DNA of 64,000 nt from Podarcis filfolensis (taxonomy: Eukaryota): assembly GCA_964270895.1 (NCBI GenBank), contig OZ185436.1; one strand, 5' to 3'. The notes under the pieces were generated by a model. The model had not been told where the DNA came from. It saw only the letters and a program-made list of their open reading frames with translations, and did not search any database. The translations under genes and the position numbers were made by a program. Of this stretch, positions 1 through 12,841 are shown piece after piece (positions within the stretch are counted from its first letter, which is position 1; each line of letters begins with the position of its first letter).

Positions 1-300
1 GCGTAAATGTCGCCACAGTGTAATAGTTGCACCCTCCCTTTTTAAAAGAAATATCGGCATAAAAATGTGGCCATTATGTCGTGAAATACGGTAGTTAAGT
101 ACATCCAAGGTAGAATTCAACATTTGACTACCACAGGATAAACCTCTTACCAACTTTTCTATACCAAAGCAAGATGCAATTCCTGAACTTCGATTCATCT
201 CATCACAGACATCTCAACTAGTATGTAGGAAAGGCCCTTTATCTACAGGTCTTTTCTGGGGTGTATCCAGAAAAGTGTATCCAATTAAAGAATCTAAAAG

Positions 301-662
301 GTAGAAGTAAAGGTATAGGACCCATGGATGGTTAAGTCCAGCCAAAGGTGACTATGGGTGCAGCGCTCATCTTGCTTAAGGCTGAGGGAGTTTGTCCACA
401 AACAGCTTTCCGGGACACGTAGCCAGCATGACTAAACCACTTCTGGTGCAATGGAACACCGTGACGGAAGCCAGGGCGCACGGAAATGCCGTTTAACTTC
501 CCGTCACAGTGGTACCTATTTATCTATTTTGGTGTGCTTTCGAACTGCTAGGTTGGCAGAAGCTGGGACAGAGCAATGGGAGCTCACCCATTCGAACCAC
601 TAGCCTTCCTATCAGGAAGACCAAGAGGCTCAGTGGTTTTGATGACAGCACCACCTGCTCCC
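301..662 (-). mobile_element. Sauria SINE (diverged)
   Basis: Aligns by eye with the other copies, including the gtacctatttatcta core, the ttcgaacc B-box and the aaaggt tail. Confidence 0.8.
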
Positions 663-679
663 TTTTTTAAACCATCTAT

Positions 680-835
680 AGCCTTTTAAATGGGGTGGGG
701 GAATTTTGTTTTTGTTTTTTACTATGGTATTTTTATATTGTAAACCACCCTGCGATCTTCAGGTGAAGGGAGGTAGAGAAACTTAATAAATAAAAATAAA
801 ATAGAAATAAAATAACAATAACAATAACAATAATT
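680..835 (+). mobile_element. L2-like LINE 3' tail
   Basis: ttgtaaaccaccctg...gaagggaggta...aataaataaa followed by an A-rich/AAC tail; similar minus-strand tails near 36970-37140, 62900-62990 and 63080-63160. Confidence 0.5.
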
Positions 836-1511
836 TATCAGCTTTGGCTCTATGGAGAACAAGTTAGAAAAGACCTATAGACCTATACAGCTGCGTCAAT
901 ATGTGTTTAACCATACTTAACTTTTAAAGTGCGCAAATTATTTAAATTATACTAAGTTTTTAAGTCAGACTTCTATAACAAGTAAGCAGCAGTTTAAAGG
1001 GGAGAGATAATTCTCCTAAAAACTCTTCCAAAGAGAACCCCTGATAGAAAACTAAGTTCTAATATTCAAGTTTTTATTTTTAAAAAACTCAAAAAACTAG
1101 TTCAAAGCAGTTGTCTTTTTCAGGTTGCCAATGCCTTATAGATATACTTTGTAATTTAGTTTCATTGGTTTCTACACTTATCACAGTTCAATTGAGGCAT
1201 ACAGAACCAAGAATAAGGACAGCAGCATTTAAAAAGAATTAAGAATTGATTCAAGCTATGAGCGGATGCAGACAAAAGTTCTCTAATCATCCATCACAAA
1301 TGAATAAACTGGAAGCAACTACATATAGAATGAACTACTGACCCAAATAAGTAATTGTCACAACTTGCAATTTCCAGAGTTATCAAATACTACTCCGAAT
1401 GTCCTCCTCTCTACTAGCATAAATGACAGACTGCTTCACTAAAACTTGTTCAAATGTTGTGATATACAGATACCAAGATAGGGTCTTCAGAGACGCATCT
1501 ATGATGTAAAT

Positions 1512-1645
1512 CAAGCATCCCCAGACTCAGCCCTCCAGCTGTTTGGGACTATCCCTAGCTAACCATCCCTAGCTAACAGGACAGGTCAGGGATGATGGGA
1601 ATTGTGGTCCAAAAACAGCTGGAGGGCTGCGTTTGGGGGTGCCAG
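1512..1645. mobile_element. hAT-type hairpin MITE
   Basis: Near-palindromic body; exact 8-bp TSD atgtaaat. Confidence 0.85.
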
Positions 1646-3372
1646 ATGTAAATGATCAAAATCTTATTATTAAAACTTCTTCTTGACAACAGTTTTACTG
1701 ATAAATGCAATGGGGGAAAAAATGTTCTTGAACTAAATGAAGATGCTATTTCAGACCAGCAGTTTGGGGCTTTTCCAAAATGCCTCTTTCCATACTAGCA
1801 CAAAATAGGTGGTCTTCATTTCCATGTGAGTTTTTAGGGGAGAACTCACTTAAAATTACTCTCATAGGAACCTCAATCTTTAGTGAGGCTAGTGCACTAA
1901 TATATGGCAGACTGGAATACGAGACCCTGCATATTTATCATCTGCAATACATTCCTTCATTTCTGATAATTTTCACTAACAAGAGTGTTTTGAAGCAATA
2001 TGCATTAGCAATTTTGGATAATGTGAGGCACCCAATTCTGGAGATGAAAACACCCCTTCCCAACCATTTCTGAAAGAGTATGACCCAGTGGCAAAAGGCA
2101 GGTGAATGAAAAAACATGGACTTGTTTTCCACACACCCTCTTCCATGGCAATAAACCTTCTGAAGCTCGTTTGCAAAGTTTGCATCTCTGCTGAGGAGGG
2201 TGCTGAAAAGGGATGTTACCAGGCAAGGAATAAGGCTGTGGAAGCCAAGCTGCTTCAGTTGCAAGTGGAGTACTATGGGCCAAGTTAGACATGGCAATTA
2301 ATAATTGAATGAATAGTGTAGGTTTTTATTGTTTTATATTTTGTAGAGGAAGTAGCAGGCCGGGGGCTCCTCATTAGAATCAACTTTGTCTACTTCTCTG
2401 GTCCCAGTCCAGACCAGGGACCGACATCACCTATCTGCACTGGAATAAAAGTTCCCACCAGAGCTAAATTTTCCTGTCCAGCACCAGCATCCTGACACAA
2501 AAGCATCACTAGTTGTAAGTAGTAATATTCATGAGTAGCACCATACTTAAGGCCCAACTCCTCCTTCCCTTTTCAACAACTAAAGTAATTTTAGAGCAAG
2601 CTAAGAAGTTAAAACTCTTAAATTGCACAACACCCAGGGCTTACAGTGTAGCTTTGGAAACTAAATAACATCCATTTGAAGTAGATGTTAATGCTAGCCC
2701 AAGAAGAAGCATCATCAAAAGATAATCCATTTTACTTACTGTATTTTCAAAACTTAGGTCTCTAAAGAAGTGGAATAAGGTTCAGCCTTAAAAAGCAAAT
2801 GAAAAAGCTGCTTAAGACACCTTGTGCCCATTTTCTGGGATATAGCAAAGCTTTAAAAAATACAAAACTACCAGTGATCTATGATCAAATAATTCTGTTT
2901 AAATGTACCACTGGCAACAAGATGATCCTTGTCCCTTATTCTACATTTGAATAAACCATCAGAGCTACTAATACACAAGGAAGAAGTAGAGTTTGTCTTG
3001 AATGTTTCCAGACCCGAAATTCATTTTTTCCAAACAAACATCATGCTGTCAATGAACGGGATAAGAGGCCTCCTACATCCAGATACAGACCATGTACATT
3101 TAAGCAGGCATATGCGATTCCCTCACAGCACATCCTCCTTGCTGCTGCATTTTTGAACACAGGGCTATTTCTCAAGAACAAGAACATTAGAGTAGTTAAG
3201 TGATACTTAACTTTGTTCACATTTTAACAGACAGCAAAAGAACCTTATAGTTTAAACAAGCGCCACAAGGAAAACGTCTTAGTAATGTTACATGTTTGCC
3301 AAGTATGTCTGAATAATATGCCAACAAAAGGTGCTTTTTGCAAGTCTACATGTTTTCCGAAACAAAACAAAA

Positions 3373-3576
3373 NNNNNNNNNNNNNNNNNNNNNNNNNNNN
3401 NNNNNNNNNNNNNNNNNNNNNNNNNNNNNNNNNNNNNNNNNNNNNNNNNNNNNNNNNNNNNNNNNNNNNNNNNNNNNNNNNNNNNNNNNNNNNNNNNNNN
3501 NNNNNNNNNNNNNNNNNNNNNNNNNNNNNNNNNNNNNNNNNNNNNNNNNNNNNNNNNNNNNNNNNNNNNNNNNNNN
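3373..3576. other. Assembly gap (204 N) in CSNK1A1 intron 4
   Basis: Run of N bases. Confidence 1.
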
Positions 3577-5724
3577 GGCAACACCGAGGCGTTAGAGAAA
3601 GAATAGGGTAGCCAAATGCCATCCTTCTTCCACCAAGCACTATAGTTTTCCAGAAGAGATAATGTTATCAGGAAAAATTTAGAAGATGTGGCAAGTTAAA
3701 TTTTGAGCATGAGCCACTTCAAAATGACACTGCCTTGAATAAGGGATAGCAATGGCAACATTTGGCTTTTATAAGAAGGAAATTTGGATATCATGTACAA
3801 AAGTATCCTTTGACTCCACAAACTGCCCTTCCCCCAAATGACATGTAGGAAGTAAATCTTCAGTAAGGAAGAGGTAGAAGGCATTTAGTCACCTTAAGTT
3901 CACTATCATAAAGCATGCAGGGCTTATTCTAGCACAGCTCAGAGATGATCTTATGCTAGAAGTGAAATCACGCCTAAATATGTAATTAAGAACAAATTTG
4001 AGAAATGCAGCATTCCAATTTTAATCACTACATTTTAAATTCATTTATAATGAAAAAAATCTACTGGAACAAGATTACCATAACAAGCTATCCTACGGCA
4101 ACTGGTGTGTTTTGAAAGAATTCATGAAAGACACAAAATGTTTACCTCCATTTTTGCTACAGGAAGAAAACTGCATACTATATCTAAAACCAAATTTCAA
4201 AAGAGAAAGAGAGAGCGCGCTGCTATTTACACAGACCTAAAGCAAAATTTTATTTAAATTCTGCTTAGATTAAACCAAGGGATTTAGACTCCTATGTCCA
4301 GCATTATTTGAAATGTTAAATAGTGGGCATCTGCTTTCCATTTAAGTATTTGTTACAGACTCCAAGTGCCTCCCTGGGAATGAGAAACGGGATGCGGTTT
4401 ACATCTTCCAATATGATCCTAACAAACTCACCTAATAAAAGCACAACAGCATTTTCCAGGCTATTCTTTCACTTTAAAGAAAAACAAGGAGCTACAATGC
4501 CAGCCCACTACAACTGTCAAGAGTGTGGAGAAAGGGACTCAGAAGAAGAAAAATTGCATTAACTGGTTTAATTGTTCTTGCTATATTTCCAGTTCTTGCC
4601 AGAAAGTTAAAGAATTGGATTGCATTAGGGAAATAGAATGTTAAGAGTGCAAAATTTAGAGATAAATGAAATTTAACAGAAATAGGATTACAGGAAGGCA
4701 TTTTACCTTACTTTTGAGTGCTGCTGTTTTTTCTCACCCCATCTCCCCAATGTTCCTAACTGGTGTACTGTAACTCCTCTAAAACAGAATTCAACAGTGA
4801 TGGTGGTTGTTTTGTTTTTTGGTTCTAAAGTAATGGTCCCAAGTTGGCATCCATACAGGCAAACAAAGGTAACATTTTATAGCTAGTAGTATCTGAAGAG
4901 TCAACACTGAAGGCCTATGAAGAACCAGGTGGGTATCTTGCTCCCAATAAAATAATCAATCACATACATTTGTCCTGCACTTAAGAATTTCTATCCAACA
5001 GCATGCTTAATGCACTGCCAATGCTGCCTGTCTGTCCAAGCTCAATGTAGTTTAATGAATTTTAATCCCACAGTCTAGTCAAGAAAAAAATCCAACAAAG
5101 ACATGCATCTCCAGCTAAATTAATAAATCATCCCCTTCTAGTAAAAAAAAAAAGTTACAGTACTTTAAGTCTGTGACTGTTATTCTATATCTACACTAAC
5201 TGCACTTTGAACTTTCACAGGCTTGTGAAAGCAAAGGAAGCAGTTAAGTCAACAGGCTTGTGTTACTATTAGAAGTCAATGGTTTCTCTATAGATTGGTT
5301 ACAGCCAATTTTAATATCTAGGTAGCTGGTAGTAAAGGCTTCACCATGCTGGCCTAAATGCAGTTGAGAAAAAGAAATCGCAGTTTATGGTAAGCGGTGC
5401 TATTGCAACTCGTGGTTTCTGAATAATCATCAGTATCACTGAACAGAGTGAACTTGCATACTCAATTATGAGTCAATTAGACAACATATTTATTTATATC
5501 CTTAAATTCCATAATTAAAATATGGCCAAAGGTTGGGGCCACAGCTCACTTCTGCATTTAGCACTATGATTGAAATTCCTATCTGTTGCCAAATAATTGA
5601 CAGATGTCAGCAAATAATTGACATGTTTAGCAATGACAAGCAATTAATTCAAGCTGCACAGCATTTCCATGAACTGCCATTTCAGCATCCTCCATTCTTT
5701 CATGCAAAAAAGTATTAGACTAAC

Positions 5725-5823
5725 CTTATTACAGTGACGCCCGATACCCATTAGGAAGTTATCTGGTTTAATGTCTCTGTGTATAAAATTCTTTGTATGC
5801 ACATATTCAATTCTACTGATCAT
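5725..5823 (-). CDS. CSNK1A1: Casein kinase 1 alpha, coding exon 4 (99 nt)
   Basis: CAG|ATG acceptor; encodes [33 protein letters not shown] (catalytic loop HRDIKPDN); AAG|GTTAGT donor. Confidence 0.98.
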
Positions 5824-7482
5824 CTGTGAACAAAAGGAAAATGACCAAGATTACAAAGCTTTTCAAGCAACAATATCTTAGGCATGAATCTAAGCATGTT
5901 TTGGCAATTACCTGCATTGTTGCTAATCTTTATGAACCCAAAGACTGCATGTTGGTGGCCAAGAGTTGGTGTGACCACACAACACCACACACACTCTCAC
6001 CCTCTTGTGCACATAAACACACACCACACATGGTTTGTCCTCAGCTAATCCATGCAAACCAGATGAGATTTGTGGGGGTTTTTTTGGGGGGGAGGGTGTT
6101 ATTGCCTCTTCCTGTTCATCAAACGATTGGGGAAAATGTAAAATGCACTGCCATCAAGGTACTGGGGTGTGCAAAGGGGTTGAAACTTTTCCAACTATCC
6201 CAGCACTTTGTTTTCTTTTTCTGCTGCCATAATTGTTGGAGGGTCCAAAAAAAACTGCTTGGGTAACAAGAGCAGGCCCATGGGCTTCGAGAGGGATGGT
6301 TAGTTATCCTGACCTACAACATACAAATCAAACCAGACAGTAAGACTACTAGTTTAGTAATGCTTTTGAATGTTAGCAAGCGTAAAACCACCAACAAACA
6401 AACAAAAACCCCTGCTGACTCATCTACTCTACAGAGATTGGATATTGAGTTTCTTCCTAACAGTCTAAAAAGGTTTAAAAGGCTTCGTCATGTATGGATG
6501 GCATTCATGCTGATGACTTAGAAGAAAAACAATAGACATTTAATCATGCAATTTAAATGTATACTAAAATAACAGATTTAGAATCACAGTAATACTTGTA
6601 AAGCATGTCTCCATACAAATGAGCACCTGTCTACTAAACCCAGTATGTCCATATTTCCTGAATAGGAGTAATCCATAAGAACACTTAACTTTAGCAGTGG
6701 AATACTTCACTTGCTCTGTTCAGCATGGATGAAGCTACTATGGATCCAAACTACTTCTCCCATTGTATGTTGCAAACTACTTCTTCCAAGCAGTTATTGA
6801 ACAAATGACACTGTTAAAATGTCAACTCTGGAGTATTTGAGCGTTTCTTGTGTTAGTTTTGATATTAAATGGCTAGTGCTCACTGGCCCTCCAGATGACT
6901 CAGTTCAAGCTATTCTAGAAACAAATTGCTATCCAATAGCCATTTTACTCTAAATGTAAGAATCTATGCCTTTGCAAATCTCTGCATTATATGCCCATGC
7001 TGCAGATCTGTTGATTCTAATGAATCTTATTGAAGCGTTCTGTGAATGTTGGCTTTACTATTTCCTATTTCATTCAGCTTCTGTTTACCATCAATTAATT
7101 GAGAAATATAGCTACAATAGGCTCTTGGCCTGAGAAATGTGAACTACTGCACTATTTTGGATGATCTTCCTAGCCAAAGATGCATGCATAACTTCAGTCT
7201 TATGAAATTAATATGAAGACTGCAAGTAAAGATATGAGGCAAAACTCTCAATATAGTTGCTTGTATGGCTCCATTAAACAGTTTCTAGAATTCTAATATT
7301 GTGTTATATACATTAAATAATCTGCTATCACTATTCCTTTTTCTTTCTATCATTTTTGTTTCTATATTCATTCGAGTACATGTAATAACAAGTCATACAG
7401 TCTGACCTACTTGAAAGAATGAAACGAACAGCATTTTAAGGCACTGTAATACCCATTGTGTATTGTTTGCAGATTTACATAC

Positions 7483-7609
7483 CTGGTCTGCTAACATAAG
7501 TACTGTTTTCATTGTGAACCTTCGAGAACAAAAGTTGAAGAGATCCTCAAGGCTGGGTCCAAGAAGATCCATGACTAGAACATTATAATCTTTCTCTTGA
7601 CCATACCAC
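7483..7609 (-). CDS. CSNK1A1: Casein kinase 1 alpha, coding exon 3 (127 nt)
   Basis: TAG|G acceptor completes the Arg codon from exon 2; encodes [42 protein letters not shown]; CAG|GTATGT donor. Absent from the ORF track and read manually. Confidence 0.98.
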
Positions 7610-9709
7610 CTATAAAGAAGCAGAAATGGTTAGGATAGATTGAATGTAACCAAACATAATGTTCATAGCTTGTTTCAGAAAATACTTGTTTTCTGAATAT
7701 TGTTTTCTTAATATTTCATGAATCCCACTTTTGTAGATTTATTTTTCTGTACAACATTTTAAAATCTGACAGTTGGTTATGGTTTACAAAGCACACACAA
7801 TGCCACATAATGCAGTCAAGGATCAGCATTGCTGGGTAATTTGCCAATCCCTGGATTCTCCTGGCCCTGTTCCTCCTCCTCACTAGCACAGCAGAAGCTA
7901 GACCATAAGGATTTATATGCTGGCTTTGGGAGCATAGACCTCATAAGGCAGCAAAAAAAGTCAAGGTGAACTAAGATATGTAAAAGAATACAGATTCTTA
8001 ACTATAAGGTCTCAGTGGCATTAAAAACATTGTTAAAAAGCCAGACTGGATGAAATAAATCCTCAAGGTATGTTTGAAGGCCTGTACTGAAAGCTCCCTT
8101 TCCCATTCATAGGCAGCTCTGCTAACCGCAGGGCCACAATCAAGAAGGCTTTATCCCTTGTGCCTACCATCTTAATGTCTGGGCAGTCACAGGGGTCTCC
8201 ACAGTTGATCTTAAACAAGAATGATTGTTTAGGTGAAGGCAGTCCTTTAGATAAGGGACCCCTAAACTGATTTTAAAGGTTAAACCCAGCAATGAGACAA
8301 TGAAAAGGAGCAGTAGCTTTGCACACCTTGACCTCCCTCTCCCACACCCCCCTCTGGAAAATGGTGCTGACTAAGCCCAGAGAAGCAAGTGAATGGGCAT
8401 CAACAATAGGAGTAAGGAGGACCCACTGTGAGCATCTCTCCTTAAGGACCCTCTAAAATCTAGAATTATCATGGAAATGTAGTTAGATTGCATCTAGTGG
8501 TTTTGGTTTAACCAAATCAAAACACTGATCCTTTCAACTGCTGCAGAAAGCAACAACATATGCACAGTGAAATCACTTTCAGGAAGCGCCCTAGATGCAT
8601 ATGTAACAATATTCAGGCATTTTATCTTTCTCCAACACTCTCTAGAATTGAGAAACTACCATGACAGCAACATTTGGTATACCAGAAAGGTCACACTGTA
8701 GAGTCACTTAGAAATGGGAACAGACAATTGATAGTCTAAAAATCTGTGTACAAAATAGTTTCAATCATTTCTTTTTTAAAACTGAGGAGTCTAACTACTT
8801 GGAGAGCGTAAATTGCACACAGCTGGGAACACACCACAGCAAAGACCACAATACAATACCAATCTGAAATGCAATGCTGAATTCTATGAAAGAGTAAAAT
8901 AGTGTCTGAACGCAGGGAGGCACACCAATGTAGACTTTATGAATGGGTAAAAAATAAAAGCAAGGTCAACATTTCTGAAATCACTATCTCAACTTGCCCT
9001 CTACAGACAGAAAGAGCAACAAATCAAGATGGGCATAATAAAATTATTGGCACCAGCAGAAGACAACATATACTAAGGTTAGTTGAAGGAAAATACGTAA
9101 GTGAAGGCTGCATGTTTGAAAACTGGCAAGATACAGCCAGTCAACTGACTTTTAAGTTAGCCTTCACAAGCAGCTGGCACTTGAGGAACCAAGAGGCTCT
9201 TTGTCTTGTGGGAATGAAGACACTCAACCCTAGATGCTCCTTAGATGCTCATGTATCTAGAGAAGCAGAGGGGGAAATTACCTTTGAGATTCATACAGGT
9301 ATTACTATTAATTCCTTCTAGCAATGATTCAAAACTTCCTATACGTACTCAGTATCATGCGAAATTGCATGAGGGATTAACATATTACGTATACTACAGA
9401 AATATATATATATAATTTTTCTTTTTAAGTCCAGTAGCACCTTAGAGACCAAATTTGTTCTTGGTATGAGCTTTCGTGTGCATGCACACTTCTTCAGATG
9501 CTACAGATAGATATTGGTCTAAAATTTACAGATGCTCAGAAACTCTTCAGGAAAAAACCTTAAGAGGAGAAACTCCCCCTCCCACAACTGCATAAGACCA
9601 CTATGGCACAAGATGTTGAGACAGAATTGGGGGAAGGGAGAACAGGCAATTGGGTGGGAGGGGGAAATGGAGTGACTGAAAAGAAAGGTGAGAGGTAGAG
9701 ACACTAAAG

Positions 9710-9959
9710 CAGGGGTAGGCAACCTAAGGCCCGGGGGCCGGATTCGGCCCAAGCGCATTCTCAGTCTGGCCTGCGGATGGTCCAGGAATCAGCGTGTTTT
9801 CACATGAGTAGAATGTGTGCTTTTATTTAAATTGATCTCTGGGTTATTTATGGGACATAGGAATTTGTTCATATATTTTTTTCAAAATATAGTCCGGCCC
9901 ACCACATGGTCTGAGGGACGGTGGACCGGCCCATGGCTGGAAAAGGTTGCTGACCCCTG
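9710..9959. mobile_element. hAT-type MITE
   Basis: TIRs CAGGGGTAGGCAAC ... GTTGCTGACCCCTG; exact 8-bp TSD cactaaag. Confidence 0.9.
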
Positions 9960-10718
9960 CACTAAAGTATACAAAGGTTAGACGAACCATCACATTCTCT
10001 GGGTAGGTCACTTCCAGGTTAACAAGAATAAACTATTTAAGTGTCTCAAGAGATGGAATTGAGAGCTGTCTGTAGACATCAATTGATAAATCAGTTCTAG
10101 GTTTGGGCATGAGTCAATCTTTCCACAAACAAAAAACTACAATGGGGTGGGCTGTCCCAGAGCAGCCCAGTGAGGACTAAATGAAGTCAGTGGGTATAGA
10201 AGATCAACTCAGGATTCAAGGCAATGTTTAAAACATCTTAAACATTTACATTTGTGGCATGTGTTATTAAGAAGATAGATTTGCCAACCTTTGGCCATAT
10301 TTTAATTATGGAATTTGTGGAATTTAAAGATATAAATCAATGTTGTCTAATGGGCTCATAATTATTTGGCAACAGATAGGAATTTCAATCATAGTGCTAA
10401 ATGCAGAAGTGAGCTATGCATCCCATATATGGGATAAGGGAAATAATATGCAGAGTAAGTTTTAACTTACACAATACTCACATCTTAAATGCATCTCTAG
10501 CAACTTTCAGACAGGCAGAAACTGTGACTGACAATAGTGATTTCACCATGGGTTTATATTTAAAATGCATCAATTACATATACTTCATGTTTACCTAAAT
10601 AAAACACTGAAAGGGCTAGTCAAAGTAAAATGTACCCAACTGAGACCATAAATTAACACTGAATTTTTTGCAACTATTGTGATTATCCAGATACAGTGGT
10701 ACCTGTAGTTACGGACTC

Positions 10719-12841
10719 TTTTTTTTTTTAAATGATATTTATTCAAAATTTCAGAAATACATATATAAAAAAAACAGAAAAACAAAAAGATAAAACAAAA
10801 AAGAAAAGAAAAAGAAAACACAATTCTCAAATTACATCTTTTCATCTGCTTGTTTCTTGACCTCCTCACACCTCCCTTTTTGTATTCTAACTTAATTCAT
10901 TGTTTCAGCAAATTCTTCCCATGTTTCTCAATTCTTATTTAAATATTTTGTCTTAACAATCTGTCTTATTTAATTAACTCAACAAATCCTTTCCATCATT
11001 TACCATGTTCTGTTATTCAGTTTACCTTAATTTGTTTAACTTTATCTTACCTTAAAAACTTTAAAATTCAAAATTTAAACCATCTTTATACATAACTCCT
11101 TAAATCCTTTTTACTAAAGCCAAGTAATTCCTTTCCGACATTTTCCCTAATATTTCATTAGTATTACACTAATTCCAAAAATAAAAAGAAATTCCCTTTT
11201 TATAAACTTCCCCCCCCCCCCTAGTTTTTGTCCAACGTCCCTTCTTCCTGGTCTCGGGTTATGTCAGTCCTTTCTGTCCATATCCAGTCCATCAACCTGG
11301 TGACCTTATGTACGAGGCCCTTAAGTCTCTTCTATGCCCCTTCTGCAGATTTTCTTCTTCTTGTTTGTAGTTACACTCTTCCTTGCCCTTTGTTGTTTTC
11401 TTTCTTAATTTCTTCCCTTTTTCCTTGAGGAGTAGGTCTCTGGGGAGTTCCAGCTGGTAATAATCTCCATTTTCCTTCATCAAACTAGCCCATTCCCCAC
11501 AGTCCCACTCCCCATCATCGTCGTTATAATCCAAAAGGTAGTCATCCAAAAAATAATTATCAACATGTTTCATAGTCCCACCAGATTTAGGAGCCTCCTT
11601 AACTCCAGACACTTCCAAGCCCACTCCAAGTTCAATCTTCCAATACAGCGGCTTTTGCTCCTGCAGGGCTTCAGCTCTCTCCATTCGTGTTACTTGAGAT
11701 ACGGTCACAGCCTCCTCCATCTTCAACTGCCCTTGGACTTGCCCAGTCGAACCAGTTTCCTGAATTGGTCCCTGTATAATTTCTTTATCCTTGTTTCCCG
11801 TTAATTCATATTCACTGGCTACGGCAGTCATCAAGTCCAACTTCTCATTCATCAGATTTATCATCTCATGCAACTGCTCCAGCATAGCATTTGTCTTGCC
11901 AAGAGCAGACACCAAAACTTCCTCCCGGCTCATTTCTATTCAAGGTCAAGCGGCTGGTCCCACGATCTCAATCTCGCAGCTGTAAGGTCTCCAAATAAAC
12001 GGCAGCAACAAACTGACAAGCTCCCTCTAGGGGACACAATTTCTATTTGTATCCATCTTTAAAACGTATCCAACAAAGGAAAGTTACTTTCGATTTTCGA
12101 ATACTTTGTTTCTTTGAAATGCAGAAAGCAGCGTTGAAGTTAATTTGTTTCTCTTTCTTGACTATCTGTCAAAATGCTCCACTTTCAATCAATGGACGTC
12201 TCCATAAATTTCTGTCCTGACACCCCGTTCCCAGGTTTGGGGCGATGGAAACTTATTTTCCTTTACTCTCTCTCCTGCAGGCTTAAACAGTCAAATTCCC
12301 CCCCCTTTCTCCTGCTTCCAGGGGGGGGGGTTTATTAGTTGTAAATGCAGGAAATTTCAATCTTTAAAACAACTTTCTCGGCTATTAGATTGCAAGGTTT
12401 TTGCTTCAGTCTATTTACAAAAAGCGGAAGGCGGACTTCCTGTTTAGACCTTCCCGCTTCGGTGCCTAATTCAAGAATTTCTTGGTCCAATTTTCCGTTT
12501 TTACTCACGGGTACTTGTCAACTTGTCAACGGGTCCAATTGTCAACAGGAAAAAGTCAGCGCTCTCTGGCGATGGCTGTGCGGCTTCCCTCCGTGAAAGT
12601 AGCAGTCAGTTCGCAGCACCGCGCTGCTCACCCCACTTCGCTCTGGAACCCCAAAATGGGTTTCCCCACGAGTAGGGGAGGCGCTTTTGGTGCTCTGCCG
12701 AACCCCACATTCCCAGGCTCCTCCGCCTGGGATTTCTAGCGGGCCCCTGCCTTCGCCGCGACGGGAAGGCCCAAATTCCACGGAGCCCGTTCCTCCGATC
12801 GGAGGAACTCCGCCATTCGCCGATGGCGCTGACCCGGAAGT
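10719..12841 (-). mobile_element. Non-autonomous L1-like retroelement (about 2.1 kb; one ORF, no RT), HAL1-like architecture
   Basis: Flanked by a 17-bp direct repeat cctgtagttacggactc (10702-10718 and 12842-12858). The minus strand starts (GG)ACTTCCGG with a CpG-rich leader and ends AATAAA (10743-10738) plus ATATCATTT and an A-tail. It carries a single 213-aa ORF. Confidence 0.85.
11292..11933 (-). CDS. 213-aa ORF of the L1-like element, possibly ORF1p-derived
   Basis: Uninterrupted ATG-initiated ORF inside the TSD-flanked element. Heptad-like N-terminus (LEQLHEMINLMNEKLDLMTAV), acidic patch (DDYLLDYNDDDGEWD) and basic patch (KEKGKKLRKKTTKGK). No RT or endonuclease motifs. Confidence 0.5.
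   Translation of the reverse strand: MSREEVLVSALGKTNAMLEQLHEMINLMNEKLDLMTAVASEYELTGNKDKEIIQGPIQETGSTGQVQGQLKMEEAVTVSQVTRMERAEALQEQKPLYWKIELGVGLEVSGVKEAPKSGGTMKHVDNYFLDDYLLDYNDDDGEWDCGEWASLMKENGDYYQLELPRDLLLKEKGKKLRKKTTKGKEECNYKQEEENLQKGHRRDLRASYIRSPG

Noticed and set aside
1-3372. Search for CSNK1A1 exon 5 (LFLIDFGLAKKY...)
   Set aside because: No match found by eye on the minus strand; presumably lies beyond the left edge of the window.
3245-3640. ORFs spanning the N run
   Set aside because: Artefacts of translating Ns.
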